Notes under the pieces: model-generated
The model's database searches: none
What the model was told of the DNA's origin: nothing
Seen by the model: the letters and a program-made list of their open reading frames with translations, nothing else
Assembly (NCBI GenBank): GCA_964016885.1
Contig: OZ024755.1
Coordinates: forward strand, 21,080,001-21,144,000
From: Eledone cirrhosa
Taxonomy: Eukaryota
Reading direction: 5' to 3'
DNA: 64,000 nucleotides
Program-made: the position numbers and the translations under genes
Shown: positions 1 through 13,095 of the stretch, piece by piece
How the letters are laid out: each line of letters starts with the position of its first letter
Numbering within the stretch: position 1 is the stretch's first letter

Positions 1-618
1 AACATTATACATTCAACTCAGATATCATTCTACACATCTTTATTGATACAGCAAATGATTACTAATTAATCAATATCTATTTATCTAAATGGCTTGACAT
101 TTCCTCATACAAGATACCTGTTACTGGGCATTAACCCCTATTTATTTTTAAGATATACCTATGGTAGAATTTAAACACTCTTTAAATCAATAATTCACTC
201 ATCAACTATACAATTTCGTTGTTATATACATCTGTAAGCTAAACCACATTGTTAAACTTACCTGGTGCTGAGTAAAGCCTTGCAGCAGTATGCTACATTT
301 TCAATGTTGCTGTAGGATTTAAGTATCTATGGGGAAATTTCAGATCTAATAATGTGGTCTGTGTTATGTTGATAAATAACCTGATCTAAAGAAAATAACT
401 CCTAAAGCTAATTTTGAAAGATAGTTGCCATTGGTATTTAACTCTCCAGTTGAAAAGAATATAAAAAGACAGAAAAAGGACTGTTACTAAGATTTTGCAG
501 CCCCTTTTTTATTATAAGCATAAGTTATTGGTTTTTTTTCAGTGCTTGTTTACAATTTCCTTCAATTATATTCAATCCAGGTCAGTTGAGTGCAATGTGC
601 TAAAGGGATACTAAGGAG

Positions 619-820
619 TATGAGGATAAGTTGAAAAGTTCATAGGCTGACCAAGATACTCTCACGGAATGACCAAATGAGGTTTATTTTTCAACATAGA
701 GCCTGGAAGGAAACAATGCAGTTATTAATAAGAAGAGTTGAAATTAATGCATGCAAGATTTCACAGCTTTAGCATTACTCCTTCATGATCAACCTATGAA
801 CTTTTCAGCTAACCATCATA
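619..820 (-). mobile_element. 202-bp mariner-derived MITE (copy 1)
   Basis: Imperfect ~33-bp TIRs (tatgaggataagttgaaaagttcataggctgacca / tgatcaacctatgaacttttcagctaaccatcata) with TA ends. Same length as the copy at 7641-7842. Family members carry gggactatgttgaaaaataa (GDYVEK*), a typical mariner transposase C-terminus. Confidence 0.8.
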
Positions 821-969
821 TGTACCATCAACTCTTTTGTCAGCTGAAACTCTTGTTCAAATATTGTAAGTTCTGTAGATCTGGCTTCCATGTAGTAATT
901 CAAGAAATGAATTCACTGGAATAGTTCTCCCATTGCTTCCATTAAAAAGACTTAAACTGTTTCCCTTCC

Positions 970-2193
<1,224 letters not shown>

Positions 2194-3174
2194 AGTATTC
2201 GTTATTTGGTTTTAGATGAATCTTTAGTCAGACATTGAGTTGAAGATGCCTTCTGATGACACTGTAGTTGCATCATTTAGGGAAGAATAAATTGGAATGG
2301 TTATGATTACTTGTTCAGGTAGACACGAATCCTAAGTTATGTGATTAACGAGAGAAATTTTGCAATGCATTTCTGTTGATGTTATGTTTTGGACACGAAA
2401 GCCAATAATCTGTATTATAGAATTTGTTTGATCAGTCAATGTTATTGGGTTGTGTAATGTAAATTACTGTAGAGATAACTTGAATTAACCTTGCATATTT
2501 TGCAGCTGGTTGAGCCTGAAGGTATCAGCTTAATGACCAGAAGACCAATTGTAAACAAATGTCACTGCTACTGGACTGTTTCTATGGCTAAGCCACATAT
2601 TTATTTTATTTGATATTGAACATTTGTCTAGATGTTTTCAGAAAATTCAGAAAAAAGTTATAGATGTTATCACTTATAAGACAAACTTGTTTAAATAACA
2701 CCAAAATACCAAGAAAAAATAACAGGTTCGATACATTATCAATATTCTTGTTTTACCAATAACACGAAGCAGTTATTTCCAAACTTATTTTGTTGTGGAA
2801 CAGTCATACAATTTTTTTATAAATCATGTAACCGATATCGATATTTTTTGGAGAATTTCTTCTACCCTAATGTTAATAAGACATTCAATGAAACAAAAAA
2901 TTGTTTTCAAGAGATAATAAAGGTAACCTGTCGTATGGAACCACAGAACTTTTTCACAAAACCCTGGGGTCCTTTGTAATCTTTTGGGAAACACTGACTG
3001 ATATAATGTGTTTATTAATCTAGGCTAAGTATTATCAAGGAATAAATTTGTTCTACAAAGTCTTTATCCAATATACCAGCTTTCACCACAGTGCTCCAAA
3101 CATGCAATATTAGGGTCTTTATTCTAAATACCAGTCTTCACCACAGAGCTCCAAGTATTCAATATTAGGTGAAT

Positions 3175-3556
3175 GGACATGGCTTAGAGGTTAGGGGGAT
3201 GGAATCCTGATTGTAAGTTCAATTTCCTGACCAGGTGGTTCGTAGTGTTCTTGAGCAAGACTCAATAATTTACTCAGGTGGATAAAATGAGTTGTGATGT
3301 CACTGATGCCAAGTTGTATCAGGCTTTGCCTTTCTCTTGGACAACACCATATACAGTATATATATATATATAGCATATATTTTGTGTATATATAAGTTAT
3401 GGTGGTACCAAGCTGTATCATCCTTTGCCTTTCTCCTGGACAACATCAATGTCATGGAGAGGGGAGACTTGAATGCATGGATGACTACTGGAGAGACAAA
3501 CCCATAGTCAGTCACTCAGTCAAGACTGAAAGTGGTCTTTTTCCTTTTCCTTTCCT
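3175..3556 (+). mobile_element. Decayed tRNA-derived SINE (CORE-like centre)
   Basis: A-box-like tggcttagagg and B-box-like agttcaattt, followed by gtgttcttgagcaagac as in other SINEs of the window. Internal duplication around a (TA)n. Confidence 0.6.
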
Positions 3557-3849
3557 ATGTTAGTAGTGGTAAGAAACTCTCAGGAAAGCTGGACAGCAGA
3601 AGGTCTTCAGAGAAGAGCCCCCCCCCCCCCCCCCTTCATCAAGTAAGTGTTTCAGCCCTTAACTACTATATTATATATAGTTCCCACAATATATGACCAA
3701 CCAACATGAGTTGGGACATCCTGTACAGTCTGTCTGGAAACAAAGAATGACTATATGTAGTAAGAAACTCTCAGAAGAGCTGAACAGCAGAAGGTCTTCA
3801 AAGAAGAAACCTTACTCAAGTGTTTCAGCCTTTAACTTATATATATATA

Positions 3850-4621
3850 CTAGCAGAATGGCCCGGCGTTGTTCGGGATTCTAAACATAGATTGGCATGT
3901 TTATCCCTCCTTTCTGAAACAGTACAGAGAAATACGGAATACCTCGGCCTCGGGATGGTGTCTATATTTTGTGCTTTCATGAAATAAATTGTTTATATTT
4001 TGTTTTTGTGTATGCAAAAATATCTATACACGAATATATAATTATATATATATATATATATATTAAAATAACAGATCAAAGTTTGAGCAAAGAATCGCTG
4101 CTTTCACCTTTAACAGGATCTTCTGAAACTAAAAAAATCAATCTGTGAACGCAGAAGTAAATATTTCGAAAAACGTTGCAACCGAAGAAAAACAGGAAGA
4201 CGATACTTTGGTTCGTGAAGACGTTCCCTGGCAATGAACGGAAAATAGCGAAGATAATACGTCAGCAATGAGAACAATATATATATATATATATAATGTA
4301 GGAGGTGAGTTTTATTGTAGTACAATAAAGCAATGCAGATATCGGATAAGAAGCACTCTACAGTTTGTGGGACTGGAGTATGCATAATATAAGATCAAAA
4401 GATGGTTAAAGGAGTTCCATATATTTTATTATGCGCATTTCAAAAACAAACATATGTTGATTTAAAACTGCACTATCCACAAGTGTTTTTTAGCCTTCAT
4501 ATCATGTTCTCCTGTTTTATCTGATGAAAACACAAATATTATTGCTTGATGATGTTTGTTTTTGAAATGCGCATAATAAAATATATGGAACTCCTTTAAC
4601 CATCTTTTGATCTTATATTAT

Positions 4622-4688
<67 letters not shown>

Positions 4689-4695
4689 CACGTGC

Positions 4696-4760
<65 letters not shown>

Positions 4761-4992
4761 TCATAATGTCGTAATGTAGATAATACAGACAGATATTATA
4801 AGTGCGCGACGTTATAACTATGTATCTATCTAAAAAGACAGACTAAGAAAGAGAGAGAGATCGCTAACCGGCGCCTAATGCAGTCCCTAGGGTATTGAAA
4901 AAGTGTAAAGTTTGAAAAATAATCGGTTGGGTGGTTCTCGAGTTTTAGGGAGTCAGACAGACATTCTCTGTTTTATATATATATATATATAG
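3850..4992 (-). mobile_element. Non-autonomous Helitron (copy 1) with nested insert at ~4281-4755
   Basis: Minus-strand 3' end cccgaacaacgccggg hairpin + ccattctgCTAG followed by T. The 5' end ctatata..aaaacagagaatgtctgtctg matches 59820-60697, although the 5' TC is not cleanly preserved. Confidence 0.85.
4515..4581 (+). ncRNA. Type-I hammerhead ribozyme motif (Penelope/retrozyme-like)
   Basis: ttttat-CTGATGA-[aaacacaaatattat/atgatgtttgttttt stem II]-GAAA-tgcgca-TA-ataaaa. 6-bp stem I, ~15-bp stem II, palindromic stem III ATGCGCAT. Predicted cut after A4575. Confidence 0.8.
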
Positions 4993-5816
4993 TGGTAAGA
5001 AATTCTAAGGAGAGCTGGAAGTAGGTCTTCAGCAAAGAACCCCCCTCTCCTCCCCTACCCAGCCCTTAACTTCTACATGGTAAACAAAAGTTTAAAATAT
5101 AGACTATTTGTTTTTCTTTATTTTTTACATTGTTTATTTTTCACAAGCAGTTCAAAAACTAATCAACAGAGTTTTCATTGATTATCTTCAGTATTTATAT
5201 TAACTTCTGATAATATCTTCACTAATCTGGCATAATATTTACATAACTTTCACTCTCTCTGTTCTTGTGTGGTCAGAAAAGGGCTACCTGTCAATAGATG
5301 AATGATTTGAGGGAATTATTAAGTCTGCTCTTTTGTTTAACTAGATAACTATGATGAAATAAAATAGAATCGATTTATTTATCAATAAGCTTATTCGTTT
5401 ATAAATAGAAGGAAATTATGTGAAACCAATTAGGTTTATTCACTTACCATTGTATTATATTTTTTCTGTATTTGATGAACCAGCCATTGATGAAATTCAC
5501 TAACACGTGGTCCAGTGCTGCTGCTGTTGCTGAAGTCAAATTTAGACCTAAACTTTTATGCATTAGAAAATTATCAATTCATTGAACCAATGATCAATTG
5601 ATTAATCCAATCAGCCAAGCAGCCAACCAGCCAACCAGTGAAGCAGTTAAGTTGAATCAGAAGAGAAGGCAGTTTATATCTGTCTGTCTGTCCGTCCATC
5701 TATTCATTATGCAGCTAGTTATACACAGTTAATAAAGTTAATCATAATATTATCTTCTCTTTCTATGTCACTATCTATTTATCTCTTTCCCTTTCTCTTA
5801 CACACGCATGCATACT

Positions 5817-5943
5817 TGTGTGTGTATTTGTATGTATGAGTGGGTGTATTTGTGTGTGTGTATGTGTATAATATATATATATATGTGTGTGTGTGTGTAT
5901 TTGTATGTATGAGTGGGTGTATTTGTGTGTGTGTATGTGTATA

Positions 5944-5979
<36 letters not shown>

Positions 5980-6223
5980 ATTTGTATGTATGAGTGGGTG
6001 TATTTGTGTGTGTGTATGTGTATAATATATATATATATATATGTGTGTGTGTGTATTTGTATGTATGAGTGGATGTATTTGTATGTGTATAATATATATA
6101 TATATATATGTGTGTGTGTATTTGTATGTATGAGTGGGTGTATTTGTTTGTGTGTATGTGTATAATATATATATATGTGTGTGTGTGTGTATTTGTATGT
6201 ATGAGTGGGTGTGTATGTGTATA

Positions 6224-6257
<34 letters not shown>

Positions 6258-6258
6258 A
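5817..6258. repeat. Compound (TG)/(TA) repeat with ~70-bp higher-order unit
   Basis: tatttgtatgtatgagtgggtg recurs about 6 times. Confidence 0.9.
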
Positions 6259-6418
6259 TATTTATTTATTATTATTGTCATCAGTATCATTTAACCTTAC
6301 TCTTTCTGCTATCAAGGGTTGGTTTGCTCTCTCTCTCTACGTATATATAATAGTGAGAGAGAGTGTCTGTGGTTGGGATTTTACATATCTCTGTCTCTAT
6401 CTCTCTTTTGCTTCTCTA

Positions 6419-6464
<46 letters not shown>

Positions 6465-6470
6465 TATGTA

Positions 6471-6651
6471 TAATTGCTTCTATTATTGGCACAAGGCCAG
6501 CAATTACCCAGTACATTACTGGTACTTTATTTTATCGACCCCGTAAGGATGAAAAGCAAAGTTAACCTCGGCGGGATTTGAACTCAGAATGGCAAGGGCC
6601 GTAACTCTATACGTCAAAGCATGGCGTCCAACCCTCTACCGATACTGCCAA
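6471..6651 (-). mobile_element. SINE family A (tRNA head; ~190 bp)
   Basis: Minus strand: A box tggcagtatcgg, B box gagttcaaatcc, centre cttttcatccttacggggtcgataaaataaagtaccag, tail gctggccttgtgcc..aattat. Confidence 0.9.
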
Positions 6652-7304
6652 GTATAATATATGTCTTTGTATGTTTGTCAATTTTGTTTCTATTTGTCTC
6701 TGCTTATCTTTTCCTTTATCTTTTGTCTATTTACTTATCAAGCCATCTCACTAAGTGTTATTACAATGCTGTGTTTTACTGTTTTAGTTACCACTTTATT
6801 CTCTTCTATGTTGTTTTATTTCCAATGCATTTCACAAGTGTGTCAGAACTCATTTAACCATTTTCGATGGTGTGGTGATTTTCTGTGGGGATTTTTTGAT
6901 CTTAATCTAAGATCTAGAAGCCAAATAATTTAGTTGCCATTCTCTGAGTCATTATCCTTATCAGTAGTGACTATAATATTGTCCTTTTATAATATTATAG
7001 TAGTGACTATAATATTGTCCTTTTATAATAGACAATTGTCTGTAAACTATACATGCCTGCAAAACATGTCTCCAGCTGTATATCTATATTGTTTGGAGTT
7101 TTCTTCATTTGCCTTTGTCTTAATAATCTTTACCCCAACAAAAGTCTTGGCATTTTATCTCCTATAATACATCAATCATTCTCTCCATTTTTATCAGGGG
7201 TAGAACTATTCATGTTGTATCCATTTAATCAATGTCTCACTATCAATTTAGTTCTGTACAATCTTTCACTCATTTATAATCACACCGCATTTACTTTTAA
7301 CACT

Positions 7305-7568
7305 ACAGTGCTGGTGGGCAGTCTTTTCTGTTATGGTGTTGGTGGATAATCTTTCCATCATGGTACTGGTGGGTAATGTTTTCTGTTATAGTACTGGTGG
7401 GCGGTATTTTCTGTTATGGTACTGTTGGGGAGTCTTTTCTGTTATGGTGTTGGTGGGGAGTCTTTCTTGTTATGGCTCTGGAGGGCAGTTTTTTATGTTA
7501 TGGTACTGGTGGCTAGTCTTTCTGTTATGGTACTGGTGGGTAATGTTTTCTGTTATGGTATTGTTTTG
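7305..7568. repeat. Diverged 30-bp minisatellite (~9 units)
   Basis: ttttctgttatggtactggtggg... with 30-bp period. Confidence 0.85.
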
Positions 7569-7640
7569 AGGCTCCCTTGCTTGACTTTGGCCTAATAATC
7601 TTTACCCCATACCTAATTCTTGATATTTTATTGCCTACAA

Positions 7641-7842
7641 TATGAGGGTAGGCTAAAAAGTTCATAGGCTGACTATGAATAAGTGATGTTAGAGCTGTGA
7701 AATATTGCATACATCATCTGAAACTTTTCTTATTAATAACTGCATTGTTTCTTTCCAGGGGCTATGTTGAAAACTAAACCTCATTTGGTCATTCCACGAG
7801 ATTGTCTTGGTCAGTCTATGAACTTTTCAGCTGACCCTCGTA
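7641..7842 (+). mobile_element. 202-bp mariner-derived MITE (copy 2)
   Basis: TIRs tatgagggtaggctaaaaagttcataggctgac / gtcagtctatgaacttttcagctgaccctcgta. Inverted relative to 619-820. Confidence 0.85.
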
Positions 7843-8714
7843 GATCAATCACTCTCTCTGTTATTATGCGGAGTACAGAGATATTTAGGTTCAACTTCAA
7901 TCCATTCATCAATGTCTAACTATCAGCTCATTTCTATACAATCCTTCATTGATTTATAAGTTATAAGTTATATTTATAGTAGAAACAACAGACAAATCTT
8001 TCTCAGTAATATATAAAGTTTTCCTATGAGATGTTGCAAGTGACTCACTTCAACTTTCTCTAGCTCAAAAAGAGTCTGTCTCAATCATAGCTACACAATT
8101 GTTGTTGTTGTTGTTGTTATTAGTGTTGTCCTCCTCCTCCTCTTCTTCCCCCCCTCTCCTCTTCTTCTTTCTCCTCCTCATCCTCATCATCATCTTCATC
8201 CTCATGAACCAGACCAGCACTGCTTGAGCAGCCCAAGGATTAAAGGCATTCCATCCATGATTACAATATACAAAATATTAAAACAGTAGAGTGTAATTTG
8301 AGGAAGATTTGGCTACTATTTTCAGCAGGTTGAGTGACCACATTGAGGTCTCCTTGTTGGTTGCAAAACTACATAGTTGTCTAGGTTAAAACATCTCTTT
8401 CTTAAAATGTGAATATATATATATATAATGTGGTAATATATTTTGTATAGTAGACAGTTGTCCATTCTGTTGTGTTTACATTTCATTCTCATCATACAAA
8501 TGATAGAAAAATATTGTTCTTTTTCTTTTTATCATTTTCAAAGCTAATATAGATTTCGGTATGTTGACAGGAGTAAGCTGGATTTAGCTCAAGCAATTAT
8601 TTTTGCAATTGTATTCCCTTGATAATCTTCCAACTAGAAAGTAGGAGTAGAATATGTTGTCAGCTAGACAAACTGAGATGTGCAGAGTTATCTAACTTGC
8701 CAAGAAGCAATAAT

Positions 8715-8834
8715 TGTTTCTACTTTAGGCACAAGGCCAGCAATTAACCAGTACATTACTGGTACTTTATTTTATCGACCCCGTAAGGATGAAGGGCAAA
8801 GTTAACCTCGACGGAATTTGAACTCAGACCGTAA
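8715..8834 (-). mobile_element. 5'-truncated SINE family A with 13-bp TSD
   Basis: Family A tail and centre. aagaagcaataat is present at 8702-8714 and 8835-8847. Confidence 0.9.
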
Positions 8835-8901
8835 AAGAAGCAATAATCATCAGTTGTAGTAAGATTTTAATGACTGTTGTCAGTAACCTGACAACTTAAC
8901 A

Positions 8902-9125
8902 TTAACCTTTTCCTTAGCATATTTCTAATGAAATACATTGCTTATGATTTTCAAGAATTTGAAGGGATTTAGTAATATAACTGAATTTTTCATTATTAAG
9001 CTGGTATTTGGAGCATAACTTAACTTCTTGCATAAATTATGATGGGATGAGAAAGACAAGATGGGATAAACAGAATATAATGGCAGGATTTTTAGATAAA
9101 TATAAACACTTTCAAATATTTCCAA
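8902..9125 (+). mobile_element. TTAA-terminated (piggyBac-like) MITE, 5' part
   Basis: Starts ttaaccttttccttagcatatttctaatgaaa. Body (cataacttaac..cataaattatgatgg..tagataaatataaacacttt) is shared with 10695-10822, 12000-12122 and 47488-48071, which end in aaagggttaa-like termini. Confidence 0.6.
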
Positions 9126-9149
9126 GCCAAGTTCTGTAAGCTTCCTTCT

Positions 9150-9790
9150 CTGCTATGAAGACTGAGACATTCATTCTCTTGGGAAAGCCTGTGCTCTGTA
9201 CTTTACATATGAGTGAAGTTATACTGATGCAGGTAGAGAAGTATCTTGGGGTTGTTTTCACATGTGTAGGAAGACAAGAGGTTGAATTAAATGCAAAAAT
9301 TGCTGGAGCTTGTGCAATAATGCACCAGCTTCAGCACTCAGTCATCAGAAAAAAGGAGGGAAGTGTAAAAAGCTAACCTTGCTATCTTTATCTTCGGTAA
9401 TGACCAAAAGAATATGATTGCAAATACAAGTGGTCAAAATGGGGTTTCTTTGAAGGATCCTTTGAGTAATGATACTCAAAAGTGTGCATAGCTTAGGGAG
9501 TTGCTCGAGGTAGAGCTGCTAATTCTCCACATTGAGAGATCACAGTTCTGTTACTATGGACATATAGTTAGAATGTCTAAGGAAAGAATTGCTGGACAGG
9601 TTTTATGGGCAAAGCAAATTGGCAGAACACTCTGAAACAGACCCCAAGCAAAATGGTTGGATAACATCCATACCCTACAGTATCCAGTTGGATCATTTAG
9701 ATACAGTTGCTTCTGATAGTACCATCTGGAAGATGTGTCTGAGGTCTCTGCCACCACGACCCACTCAGGATGAAGAGGGTAAATAAGAAG
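9150..9790 (+). pseudogene. Decayed RTE-clade (Rex3/Expander-like) LINE, 3' part of ORF
   Basis: Translated motifs QVEKYLGVVFT..ELNAKIAGA, HIERSQ..YGHIVRMSKERIAGQVLWAK..RPQAKWLDNI and terminal LPPRP. Multiple stops and frameshifts. Confidence 0.8.
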
Positions 9791-10399
9791 TACTGGGGTC
9801 AATTTAATATACACATAAGGCATCCTAGATGTAAATAGAATTTTAATAAAAGAAAGTATATTCTGTGTGTCACTCTGTTTATATATACTGGTAAGAAACT
9901 CTTAGGAATGCAAGCGTGTGAACACACATATGTGTGAACATGTGCATGAGTGTGTGCATGATGTTATATAGTTCTTTATTTCACTAAGTTCATTCACCAG
10001 AATACTTAAATGATATATCCCCCGTCTTTTGTTGGTATTTAGACAACAATAACTTTAATCATATTTCACATTTTCAAATAAAAATACTTTACATATTTTA
10101 ACTGTTACCTAATAATTACTTTCAATGTAATTAATTTGACAGAAAGTAATTATATCAGCTACTTATATTGTATGAGGGATTTCTTTAGAGTTAGTGTGTT
10201 AACATATTAACTAAACCAATGTTACAGCTTACACTAGTTTCATATACTGCAACAGCTGTCTATAGTTCATTTCTTTTACAATCATTGTTGTTGAACATTT
10301 ATTTCAGGAGACAGTTGACGTCTACCAGAGTCCGGTGTGTAGCCATAGAGCATGGACATACAAGAAGTTGCTCCAATGCTAATCTATATAAAAAAAAAA

Positions 10400-10690
10400 T
10401 GGTGGCTAAAAAGTTCATTAGCTGACCAAGACACTCTCATGGAATGACCAAATGAGGTTTATTTTTCAACATAGTCCCTGGAAAGAAACAATGTAGTTAT
10501 TAATAAGAAAAGTTGAAATTAATGCATGCAAGATTTCAGTTCTAGCATCAGTCCTTCATAGATTGACCAATATGCTCTCATGGAATAAATGAGGTTTGTT
10601 TTTCAACATAGTCCCTGGAAAGAAACAATACAGTTATTAATAAGAAGAATTGAAATTAATGCATGCAAGATTTCACAGCTCTAGCATCAA
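10400..10690 (-). mobile_element. Mariner-derived MITE (copy 3) with internal tandem duplication
   Basis: The MITE body of 619-820 occurs twice in tandem (10425-10560, 10565-10690). Confidence 0.75.
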
Positions 10691-10969
10691 TTAAAACTTA
10701 ATGTAAGGTTCTTATATAAAATTGTGTTAGAAGATTTTCATTTAAATTGGAAACCTTTAAAATGGACGACTATTTCATAGAATCGGAGCCGGTTTGGGCT
10801 GGGTTAGTAACAAAAGGGTTAAAAGTATTTTGTTATAAAACTCTTTTATTTTTATGATTCTTAAATTAGTATTTTGTTGGATTAATAGGGAAATAAATGA
10901 AAATGTATAATTGGGGAACAGATGCTGTCTTAATTAATTGTAGTTGTCCCTCAGGTTTAAATAGACAAA

Positions 10970-11210
10970 AATCACCCAGCACACACTGTAAAGTGGTCAT
11001 GTAGGTGTCAAGACAAAAAAGCACTCAGCACCCACTGTAAATGTGGTTGGCGTTAGAAACCAAGCCAGAAACAGTTCTGTATGAGCAAGACACAGTCATC
11101 TGATCTGGCTTGTATCACAACAGGACAACTCATCTAACCCATGCTTGCTAATGTAGAAAAATGAATGTTAAACGGTGATGATGATAATGATAATATTGAT
11201 GATGATGAAA
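10970..11210 (+). mobile_element. Decayed SINE family B, 3' part
   Basis: cactgtaaagtggtcatg..gcactcagcacccactgtaaatgtggttggcgttag..ccatgcttgc..tgttaaacggtgatgatg matches 53620-53793. Confidence 0.7.
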
Positions 11211-11514
11211 TGAGCAGCTGTTCAACAATTGATCTTCCTAACAATTCCTGGTCTTTATTCTTTCCCATAGAGAACAATATCAGGACTCTTACATTTTTGA
11301 TGAGTAGTTGTTTAGATTGAAAGCTTGGAGCAATATTTTCAAAGTTTTATTTTAAAGAGGTGGATATATTGTGTTTAGACTAACTTTGGGAATAGTATTA
11401 CTTATAAATGTTGCTCTACTGTGATGTTTCAGAGAGAGAGGGGAGAGAGAGAATGAGAGTAAATTGCAGACATTTTGAGTAGCTTCTGATAATCTATATT
11501 ATAAATATTGTGAA

Positions 11515-11790
11515 GGTGTGTGACTTAGTGGTTAAGGTGGCCAGCTCATAACTGTTTGGTTATGAATTTAATTTCCAGAGACTGTGTTGTGTCCTTGAGC
11601 AAGACACTGTATTTCAAGTTACCATAGCCCATTCAACTGGCAAATGTGAGCTGTACTTATAATTCAAAGGGTTCAGTCTTGTCATATTTTGTATCACACT
11701 GAATCTCCCTAAGAATTATGTAAAGGGTGTGTGGGTCTGTGGAATGTTCAGCCACTTGCATGTTAGTTTCATGTTGTTTGAACAATGGGA
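11515..11790 (+). mobile_element. Decayed tRNA-derived SINE
   Basis: tgacttagtggttaagg head and tgtgttgtgtccttgagcaagacact centre. 3' part is similar to 35355-35500. Confidence 0.65.
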
Positions 11791-13095
11791 ATACTGTTTG
11801 TTGAAACTAACGGAGGTTCAACACACACACACACACAGACACACACACACTCACACGCACATACACATGCACACACACATATGCACATACACACACTCAA
11901 GCATGTACACACATACAGTTACACATACACACATACGAGCATGCAAATATATACACACACACAACTTTTTCAAGGTGGTGTACTGTAACAAGTAAAAGCA
12001 TAAAGGTTCTTACATAAAATTATGGTGGATGATTTTTAGATAAATATAAATACTTTCAAACAATTTGTTTTATATCATAGAACCAGAGGTAGTTTCAGGT
12101 AGTTTGGATTCCAGAATGTTAAATAAAATAGTCAAATTTGATTATAACAATTTATAAATTGCTTTTGGGCTTTTGGTGTATGCTTGTATGGAGAGCTACA
12201 GTAAACTAAATCATGAGTGTGATGTAAAATAAGTGTTGATACTTCATATCTTTTCACTGGTACTATGTTATCATAACAGACATTTAACTATTGATAGTCC
12301 ATTCCATCAAACCACAAGGTGATGCTGTCTAATGTTGTAAACTCTAACGATAATCTATAATTCATGAACATTTCATTAACATGAGATGCATCTGACATAA
12401 TCTCCCATGGGCAAAACAACTCAACTACCATCTGTCAGTTACTGTGGTAAGCATGGAAACACTGCTGTTGGCTGAAAACTCTACCATCTCTGTCCCTTAT
12501 TTCTAGGACTACCATCACTCACTTCCCATTATTTCTACAATACTTTATAATAATTTAATCATTGTTGGGGAGTTTTTATTCCACAACACAATCACTGCCT
12601 TTATGTCTAGTCATATAACTTAGTCTTTATTGGAAGTTCTTATACGACAACACCATCACTAGTGAAACATATGGCTCAAATCAAATCCAGCAATCAAATC
12701 CACCACCTTCTGATCATAAGTTCAACACTCTAACCACTAGGCCATATGAGGTTAGCTATCACCCGAGTCATTATGTCACCAACAGAGGTAGAATTGGCAT
12801 GATTTTGATGCAGTCTTTTCTGGTGCTAAACCCTTTTACTCACCCCATACGACATGCAGAGGTATAGTGTGCTTATTCTAAGCTGGATACATATAGTCAA
12901 GTATTGATTTGTATACTAAAGTATTGTTAATTCCTATAGGCATTGTAGGAGGGCTGGCGTTCATGTTTAACACCCCCCCCCCAGAACTTTAGCAATAGCC
13001 AACTAATCTTCCTGGGAATTGAAACCAGGTCATAAATGTGATTCAGTGTGGTCACACTGTTGCACTACAACAGCCAAAGCCACCATTAATGTGTA

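Larger units (their letters stand above)
3563..5076 (+). repeat. Three diverged ~90-100 bp local repeats (3563-3670, 3757-3840, 4991-5076); Helitron sits between copies 2 and 3
   Basis: gtggtaagaaactctcag..agctg..cagcagaaggtcttca..ttcagcccttaac recurs three times. Confidence 0.7.

Noticed and set aside
2245-2290. Other CTGANGA hits (also near 3605, 5190, 31400, 41190, 41704, 48170)
   Set aside because: No properly paired stem II + GAAA + stem III/I, so they are not hammerheads.
2490-2530. Possible micro-exon ttttgcag|ctggttgagcctgaag|gtatca
   Set aside because: Splice-like motifs alone are not evidence. A host gene with long introns cannot be excluded, but cannot be supported either.
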